The position numbers were made by a program, and so were the translations under genes. A DNA stretch of 60,008 nucleotides, filler included, from Sluysia triapertura (lineage: Eukaryota), in the NCBI GenBank assembly GCA_046118255.1. It is 5 parts of 5 records of this genome, joined end to end, with 100 filler letters (N's around TTAATTAATTAA, not from the genome) between each part and the next. Parts side by side here need not be neighbours in the genome. Positions count along the whole stretch, not along the records: positions 48,920 to 60,008 come from JBJNIA010189076.1; 4 more parts are not named here. One strand, written 5' to 3'. Below the pieces are notes generated by a model that saw only the letters and a program-made list of their open reading frames with translations, did no database searches and had not been told where the DNA came from. Positions 51,016-60,008 of this stretch are shown in pieces (the stretch's first letter is position 1; every line of letters starts with the position of its first letter).

Positions 51016-52895
51016 TTTATACTGAATGTTGACTTATATAATAGAACAGAATCTAAAAACTTCAACTATATTCAAAACAATTTTAAACTCGATCTTCTAT
51101 TTTTATTAGTTTGTATTTCCTTTTATAAAATATATATTCTAACGTGAATATTTTTTGATTATGTTTGTACCTTTCGATTTGTTATTTGTGAAATTATATC
51201 AATTTGAAATTGAATATGCTTTATTTGGTAATTATGCACAGAATTTGTTGATAATGTTTAATTAAAAAATTTAATATAAATGGAAAAAGTTCACTGAAAT
51301 AATTAATTAAAACAAAATGTTGATCACATGCCAATTTTAAAAAATATTTATTGGTTAATTTAATTTTCATTGTAAGATATTAATATTATTAATGATGTTA
51401 GTAAATAAATAAACTAAATAATGATTCATTAAATACCTTTTTCATTTTACATACATTTAATTTAGTATTTATTCAAAATTATAAATGACTTGCTATTTTT
51501 ACTACATTATTACTAATATTATACTCATTAAAACCTTTAATGTATTTTAAAACTCGACATTTATAATGTTTATAAGTATGTATTTTATATAGTGATGATA
51601 ACCGTGTGTATATAATAGAATTTGAACTTCAAACATTCTGCATCGGTAGTTGAAAATAAATAAGAAATTTTAAAGAACAATGAAAATAAATTTAAAGTGT
51701 AAAAAGTAATTTTTGTAATTATGCAACGAAATAATTAGTAAATATATTTTGAATATTAATATTGCATGTATTTTGCAAAATCCTAATGTTTACTTTCAGA
51801 AATTCAAAATTTCCTCGAAAGAAAAAATTGGCATGTAAAAATGTTAAATTTATCATACTTGGAAAGACGTAAAAACCATAATTATTCTCGCAAGTATTAA
51901 TGTATATACAGACAATCAAAAGAGTTTCAACACTATTAAATTCTGACAACGTTTCGTGAAAAATATTGTTACATATTACAGGTTAGAATTACTTTTCGAG
52001 TAAAACCAGCTAGATTATGTAAATTAATTTTACTATACTTAAAATCTTTGATTACTAAATCTTGTGATATTTGAACTATGGTGAAAAATATTCACATGAA
52101 CACAAATATAAAAATCAAAGCATGGCAGTGTAATAAATAATAAGTATTAGTAATAATAATCAATAAATAACAAGTTGCGTCATGTTACCAATCTTCTGAT
52201 AAATATGAATAAGTTTCATATTGTAAATTCTATTCCAACAGTTAAATTACTTCGATTTAATTAAATTTATTTTTATACTAACTTTAATTTGGAAAATTCA
52301 GCAAATAAAAATAAAATTCAACTTCAGTTATATTAGTTATTATGCAAATAATATAATCAAGCAATTATGACAAATGAATCTAACTTATCTTACAACTGTC
52401 AATTATCACTGTTAAAAGTTCATTAATCATAGTAAGTAAAACAATTACAAACAGTTGATAATATAAATCAATAGTAAATAATGACCAGTCACCTTTCATA
52501 TAATCATAATAATAACGCATTAAACTAAAGGTGACGCAACCAAAATATTTTAGAAATAAAAATTAAAAGATGATTTGCCCAAAATGTTTAAAATTCAAAA
52601 TTATAAAATATTATAAGCACAAATAATATACTTAAAATATAATAGTAAAACAAAATAAAGATTAAAATATTACCCAATACACTGATCTTCATTAAATAGT
52701 TATGAATTATGTATCTGTTATTGTTTAAAAAAATTTTTACAATTATCTTTTATACTTTCTCTTTAACCAATCACTCTTGAGTTCCATAATCAAACATTCA
52801 CTCATACAAATCATTTGAACCTCCTTTGACGAGTAGATCGACAATAACAGCTTTGAAAATTACAAAGCACAAAATACAAAAATTTGATTAATGAT

Positions 52896-53023
52896 TATTT
52901 AAGAAAAAAGCAAAGTTCTTTCTGTTTCAGAAATATTATGGTGAATGATTTACCTTAAGCGCTTTTGGGTACTTTCGCGGTAGATATGAGCGCAATATAA
53001 ATTAATATATTATTATTATTATT
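52896..53023 (+). mobile_element. Short 5'-truncated copy of the same LINE 3' end
   Basis: Aligns to 49286-49410 (tttctgtttc.gaaatattat.gtgaatgattta...ggtagatatgagc.caatataaattaatatattattatt). Confidence 0.88.
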
Positions 53024-55776
53024 TTACTTTTCTCGATCCACTTGTTCTTAAATTACTTCTAACGTTAAAATAAAAATCACTGATTTTGTTAAAATATATA
53101 AAATAATGAATTTAACTATAGTTTGTAGAAATTTATTAATTTTCTGTCTTTCACACCCAATTTTCTGCTGGAAAATGTTTAAGGTTCTTATTGTTAATTA
53201 GATCATTAAAATTCGTTTATAGATTTTCTTCTTTCATAGCAATAATCTCATTTTCAATTTATTATCTTTTCATAATTCTGAATATGAAAAATTCAACATT
53301 CTCGAATTGAGAATTAATTAAAATTTCACTTTGCTCAATATTAAGGCTTTATTTGCATGTGTTGTGTTTTTATTTCTTTAGTATTTTTGAAATTAACAAC
53401 GATAATTATAAAACACAAATAAATAAGTCCAAATCTCAATATATTATAACCATATTACAATAGAAAACTAATTTTTTACGACAAATATACTTTATTATAA
53501 ATTAATCTCAAAATAATTAATAAACTAAAAATCAATTATAATATTCATTGTCGGGGTTTACACAACTTACATAAATATCAGTAACCAAAATAAATGAACG
53601 ATAAAACTTAAGACCAAACTAACCACAAGTAAGTTGTCTTAAAGAGAAATTTTTAGTCACATTTCTAAATATTCTGTAAGATTCAATTAGCGTTTGCCAC
53701 TACTGTGTTGAATTAGCCTTCTTACAACAAAAGTATTAACTGTTATAATTTTCTTTCTTGTGTTGATAGGGGAATGTGGATATTTATATAGTGTTTAGAT
53801 AATTGCTAGGAAGTCGGGAATTCGACTTAATTGTTGTGCATGATTATACCTTAGAATTGGTTATATGCCGACTAATTTTATTAATGAAATTTAACATTAA
53901 TTTCCGTTTTAATATTATCTAGCAATAATCTAAAAATAATGAGCTTTGTGGCAAACTAACTCTTATCTTTTGAAAATAACAAAATTTAAATTTAAGATCA
54001 GATTTATGATAATACTTATTTATACAATAATACATTAACTTAAATTGAATATAAATATAATAAATATAAAACTTATTTTCAATAATAACTTTGGATACAA
54101 TACGCAACATGTTAACATTGAAACACACGTCAATTTCAATAAGATATTTAGAATGATCTCTTAATGAGCCTTAATCTTAACCTTTATTAAATAATTGTTG
54201 AGCTCTCTACCTCGACGTGTTTTGAAACACTTCAATATTAGTAATACTGATGAATTTCAACATTATACTTAAGTTCATATGTACTTTCTCATGCACAAAC
54301 ATATACGCCAAATCAATGTAACCTGTGAATGGAGAGAAATTTTTCGATGCAGTTTTATTTATAAAAATCAAGCATCAAAAATATATAATTTTAAATAAAA
54401 TTTAACCCTCTTTATAACAATAACAATATAAGTTACTGTCTGTTAACAAATCACAATATAAATTATTTTTTATAACAATAAAAATACAAATTATTCTTTA
54501 AAAACAATTTAAAACCAGAGGTGACACAACTTAACTAAGATAAATTTTGACGCCAGGACTAGTACAATATAATCACTAACAAACACATTACTAACCCTTA
54601 TTCCTATTTTTATAAAATTGTTTTATTTTAGCTGATTTCTAAAGAAATAACTTCAGTTATCCACTGATGAATGAAGCAGCGTCCCTACGGCTAGAAAATT
54701 TTAGTCTTCTTTTCTTGCCTTGACTCTAATTTTCTTCTATGTCGTTTTTACTTCTAATTTTTTGCGAAACAGTAACTGCTTATATAGCAGTTTTATGATC
54801 ATTTGGGAAATTAAAAACTAAAATTCGAACAATACGGAAATTAAATATGTATATTCTCTTTTAGTCGGTAACAAGCCGATTAATTTCGCTGATTAAATTT
54901 CGGCAGCAATTATCGTCTATGTTCAACTTCATTATCATTTTAATTATCTAAAGATAATGGGATTTGTGGTAAACAATCTCCCTTAACTTTCCAATATCAT
55001 CTAATTAAAATTAAAAATCATTATTTTATTGTATTAATAAAGTAATTTGTCAACTTAATTTAAGGATAAAATTAATGAAATGATAAGTTTATTACTCATA
55101 GTAATCTTTTGCACAATATGTTATGCGTCAGCCATGCGTTGTATGTCATCTTTGTAGGCATCAGTTTGATATATACTTTATTAATTCTTAGACATCGGAA
55201 TATATTTAGCTTTAATTTTAAATTATAAAAATTATTTTATTAAAAATACTAATAAAAATTTATATTATACACTAAATCTACTATCATTATATCTTAAGCA
55301 AACATTTTTATTGACTTGTCAAATTAAACATATTTTTAATTAAGTTAAATAACAAAATTATTTTAATATTTTAACAAATAAAACCTTGTAAAAGGTTATT
55401 TCTTCATATTTCTCATTATTTTGTTTAGATTCAAGTATTTTATATGCTTATTTTACTGTTATAGTTCATCATAATACTTTATCTTAATTAATAACCTTCA
55501 CCTTATTCTATTAACTTGGGTCCCGACCCTTATATCTACATTTATCCTCGACTAATCCCAACAACTTTAACCTCTCAAGAAATTCATCAAAAATAAAATT
55601 TTCAAGTCGTCATACAGTGACGGTCCCTTTTGTTTTTGCACATATTTACCCAATCAAACCCTGAAAAGCAGTCTGACATACAAGGAGAGTGGCAAACACT
55701 AGGGAAATTGATACGCCATAACGAAAATATTCTGTTGCTGTACGAATACTCACATTATATTTTACATTTTATACAG

Positions 55777-57030
55777 ATGTCAAACCAATACGATGATTCT
55801 GATTTGTTGGCAGCTGATAAATATGACCAATAAGATGACATTTTGATTCCAGAACCTACTAATTATTGGACGTATTCCATTTCATTCACTTCGAAATTGT
55901 TTTCATTTGAACAAACACCTGGTATTGAAAACGCTGAGACAAAGAAACCATTTGATATATTTGAGGATTTTTTCGATCATGATTGATGGAACTCATTACC
56001 GAACAAACAAATATTTTCCATGAGCTAAATAAATCAAAAAGGCATTATGATGAGTTTGTGAAGAAAAATGCGATAAATGAATATTGGTCAACTGATCCAG
56101 TTCTGTCAACACCATATTTTCAGCAAAATATTCTGAAGAAATCGCTTTCAGGACATACTTGCAAGCCTTCATTTCACTAATTGTACGGAAAAGACAAACA
56201 ACAAGCTCATCAAGATAAAATACTTTATCAATTCTTTGAGAAAAAAATTCAGTTCATTTATTGATCCTGGAAATTACTAATCAAAAGCAATTCTGACTTC
56301 ATTGTTTATTGTGGAATATTAAGTCAAATAGTTATGAATAAATAGATTGGAATCAGCGGATCAATTGTTACGAAGTTGATGCAACCTTTCTTGAATGATG
56401 GACATTGTTTCTATGTCGACAAATGGTAGACATTCTTCGTTTTTCCCAATTATTATTCGATAAAAATACAGGTGCTTTTGGAACAGTCAAGAAAAATAGA
56501 ACGAAATTTGCAAGAAAAGTAAAAAAAGATTATGCACAAACATTTTCAACATATAATTTACTTACGAAAAGTTCATGTGCTTTCATCCATGTCCAAGCGC
56601 ACTATTATGCAGACGGAGAAAATAGTTATTAGCAACAGCAATGCAATCTTGAAACCAACATGTGTTGGAACAGTTGATAATTCGAACATGCAAATGTCTT
56701 ACATAAACATTTAGCGAAAAGTATTTTTACACTTGATGGATATGGTAGTATTCAATTGTTTTAAGGTATTTCGAAGTTGCAGTTAGTAAAGGAATTGATC
56801 GAAAAGTATCATGTTGCAAGAAATGCAAGAGTTGATATAACATCAAATGAAGCAAAAGCAGTGGTCAACATTTTCTAGATGAAATACTTCAATCATGTGG
56901 TGAAAGAATAAAAGATTACACTGCGGTATGTAGTGCAAAGCATATTGATAAATGACATCACTTCTGTGTATCGATTGTAATGCTGCTTTCTGTGTCATTC
57001 CATGTTTCCATTTTCTCAATACTTGTACTA
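55777..57030 (+). mobile_element. Decayed piggyBac-like (PGBD4-type) transposase
   Basis: Across broken frames: PFDIFEDFF, ELITEQTN, EYWSTDPVLSTPYF, GISGSIVTKLMQPFLNDGHCFYVDKW, TGAFGTVKKNR, KP..GTVD, KVFLHLMDMVVFNCF and a Cys-rich tail CIDCNAAFCVIPCF. Many stops and frameshifts. Confidence 0.9.
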
Positions 57031-59421
57031 AGTATTACCAAAAATATCGCATTTATCAAAGAATTTTAAAAAATTTCGTTTTTCTAAATTTTTCAATTTA
57101 GTTTTTTCACCATTTTACTTTCAGAAACGCTTCTTATCATACACCATACACGATTCAAAATTCCAATATTTTCAATTTTTTATTATTCGCCATATCATCA
57201 TAAACGAAGCATAGAAACTTTTTTCATATATAAATTTGGCATTTAACAATTTTCAATTGATTTAGTTAGTTAATGTATTTTTATATATTTTCACAACTTA
57301 TTGAGGTTTCTCTTTTCCTGTTTCTTTTAATTTAAATATTTTACAAGCATAATCCACAATGGCATTTTATCTTAGTCTTATACTACAAGCTATAACACTC
57401 ATACTTACTCCCACCTTTGATTAGAGTCATCAATAAAATGAATATCACAAATTTAACGTTTTCCATAAATCTCTTTATAAAATGCATAATTTCTAAATAA
57501 TTAAAAAATGGTATAATTTCAATTAATTATTAGAGTAAATTTTTATGATTTAATCTGCTATTTTCCATTTCATTGAGCTAGAAATTTATCATATCATGTA
57601 ATAATAACTTCTGCTTTAATCATATTTCTAATATACACTTCCAAGCAATTTAATTATTTGATATGCAAGTAAAGAAAAACCTAACTTTTTAAAATGCTTA
57701 AGTTAGGAATTTTATTATTTTTTGAAAATGATACTTTTAAACCGTAAACAAATAAAATTAATAAATTGATAAAACACTAAATAAAGAGTCACATTTTTAT
57801 TACTTTAATAAATTTTCTTTTTGTTTATTATTGAATATATATTTACAGTGAAATAGTAAAATGTCTTCAATCAATTGTTACTAACAAATTATCACATTAT
57901 GTCGATTATAATAAGTTAAAAATTTAAATAAAACGTTTGTCAAACTTTAAAACCTTGTCAAATCTAGATTTATGCATCATATATTTTTTAAATTATAAAT
58001 AATTAATGTCCAACACTAATTTGCAATAAATTCATAATAATTTTAGTCAAATATTTTCGTTTGAATTACATCAAATATGTTTTATATGGAAGAGTTGGCC
58101 AAGCTCTTTGAAAGTACGAGGCTTCTTTCAAAATTTGAAATTTTTCGTGAGCCACAATTAAATACATATTAAAAAAGTATGCAAAAAATTCTAGATTACA
58201 AATTACATTCGTAGCAAGAGTGACACAAATTGTTTCCTCCAGAGAACCATGAAAGTTTATAAATTCAAAATCGGTCTGGAGCCGGTCGATTATTGACTTT
58301 CGATTAGTCATGTCATTCATAGCTTGGACAAAAATGAAATTTGTTACAATGTTGCACTCAGTCTTTAATATTTGTTGTTAGACATTTAGAAAAACACACA
58401 TGGAACGCAAAGAAAGTTTTAAAAAAATTAACACAAAAATGAAAAGGAAACTCGTTTACATTTTCGAGGCGCAGTTTGACCATCCCTTTAAAAGTGACAC
58501 ACATTTTACTCATCTGAACATATTCCCACGCTTATAATTGTATTAAAAATATTTCTGTTAAAACTTTAGCATGGTCAAATTGAATAGCATTTTTGGATTT
58601 ATAATACTTCTATATTTTACATATTAACAATGTTAAAATAAATGAAAATGCTTATAAAACTTAACCTTGAAATAATTTATCATTCTGTTAGATGCAGACA
58701 TTTTACTGAATGACAACTGTAATCTGTTTTATTATCAATTTATTTACATCTGTACATCGAATTGCAAGTAAGAAATATGGAAACTAATGGAGAAAACTAA
58801 AAACATTTATTATAATTAATTATTATCAATTATTACAATAAATAGACATTATTATATAAACCATTAATATATAGTATTAATATGTGTACAAGGACCGCAA
58901 TAGAAATAATACATACAAGACTTACTTCAAAATGAAAATATTCACATTTTTATTTTATTCAATAATTTTTTTAGATAATGAATAAAAATAAAATATTATT
59001 TCTAATACCGGTCATTATGTAAATATGGATCTTTGTCAATAATGGATGATGATGGATTGGTGGTTCTTCATGTTTCACAATATCTTTACATAAATACATT
59101 AATTACAACTATGAATTACATAAAATTTAACTTAAATACGAAACATTACTAAGAACCAGACATAACTTAAAATCCATATTTTAAAAAGAAGTGAAAATTG
59201 AGAGACTTGATGACAAATTTAAATGATACAAACATTCATTCACAGAATTTACATTTACATACAATTAAAAACCACAAAATTGGATTCATTAATGAAAATA
59301 TATAACAAGAATTGCGGTAAATGTAAAACTGATTGAAAAATGGATTTAATTGGCAATCAATTTTTCCTGTTTTACATACTGCTATCTAGTTATTATAGGA
59401 AATCGTTTGTCCAGTGAAAAC

Positions 59422-59504
59422 TTAATAAGGATTCATTCGATATTGACTACGATCATTGGTAGTGGTCAAAACTGGACCAGAAGCTGTGGTGGCACCAGGA
59501 ACAG
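59422..59504 (-). CDS. Possible terminal exon ending in a PY-NLS-like motif
   Basis: Acceptor catttag then VPGATTASGPVLTTTNDRSQYRMNPY*. Short, and upstream exons were not resolved. Confidence 0.3.
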
Positions 59505-60008
59505 CTAAATGAAAAGTAATAAAATAACTAGCTTAAATCAATTATTTCTCCTGATGTGGTGGTTCCCTCCTATTTATCATTGACAATAACTATAACTATA
59601 ATAATTGTAATCCATAATATTTATGAATTAGAAGAACTAAATTATGCTTTTCAAATCTTTTCAACAGCACAATTCACAATTCTTAATATTTCAAGAATTA
59701 AGGAAGTCATTCCTTAAGATGTGCTTTAGTAAAATTTCAGATAGTTATTATAAAAAGAACTTTAACTTTATCTCTACAATAATAATATAATTCAATTTGT
59801 AACAACACAAAAACCATTTAGCCTTCATCTTGATAAATCATTAATTTTATCAAACATCATCATTAGTGTCAATAATGACATTACAGTTGTCCGTCCAATG
59901 AAACATGAATTGACTACAGTAGCTGCCAATTCAAATTTCAGTGAAGCATGTAACCAAATGTAATATTAATTGCAAATAAATAGAAAAATAAAAACTCAAA
60001 TATATATA

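Noticed and set aside
54630-55200. Exon-like frames with in-frame TAA/TAG suggesting a stop-to-Gln genetic code
   Set aside because: The 376-aa CK1 ORF has no internal TAA/TAG and ends in TAA at the expected position. Decay explains the stops better.
1-60008. CRISPR arrays, rRNA genes, prokaryotic operons
   Set aside because: No repeat-spacer arrays or rRNA-like sequence seen; the architecture is eukaryotic.

Overview
Very AT-rich eukaryotic, probably animal, DNA with short GT-AG introns and (AAT)n microsatellites. It is five contig segments joined by artificial 100-bp spacers (44 N + TTAATTAATTAA + 44 N), so adjacency across spacers is unproven. The only clearly intact recognisable gene is an intronless casein kinase 1 (CK1)-family kinase with a ~97-aa acidic insertion. 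The rest is mostly exons and decayed fragments: a DEAD-box half fused to a CCCH-type finger, a second CCCH paralog, a Ras exon 1, a Rab32/38/29-like fragment, IRS/DOK PTB pieces, an ankyrin-start exon and a PolB motif A remnant. Transposon relics include a piggyBac transposase pseudogene, L2/CR1-type LINE 3' ends and a 1.3-kb TA-flanked TIR element. The best novelty candidate is a 158-bp TG...CA element with a 4-bp target-site duplication that carries an almost complete tRNA-like gene, plus a truncated second copy, i.e. a putative tRNA-bearing solo LTR. The second is a dispersed ~1-kb module (twin CCAAT cassette + C-depleted tract + unknown ORF family) lying head-to-head with unrelated genes. 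All homology calls were made by eye; no searches were run.
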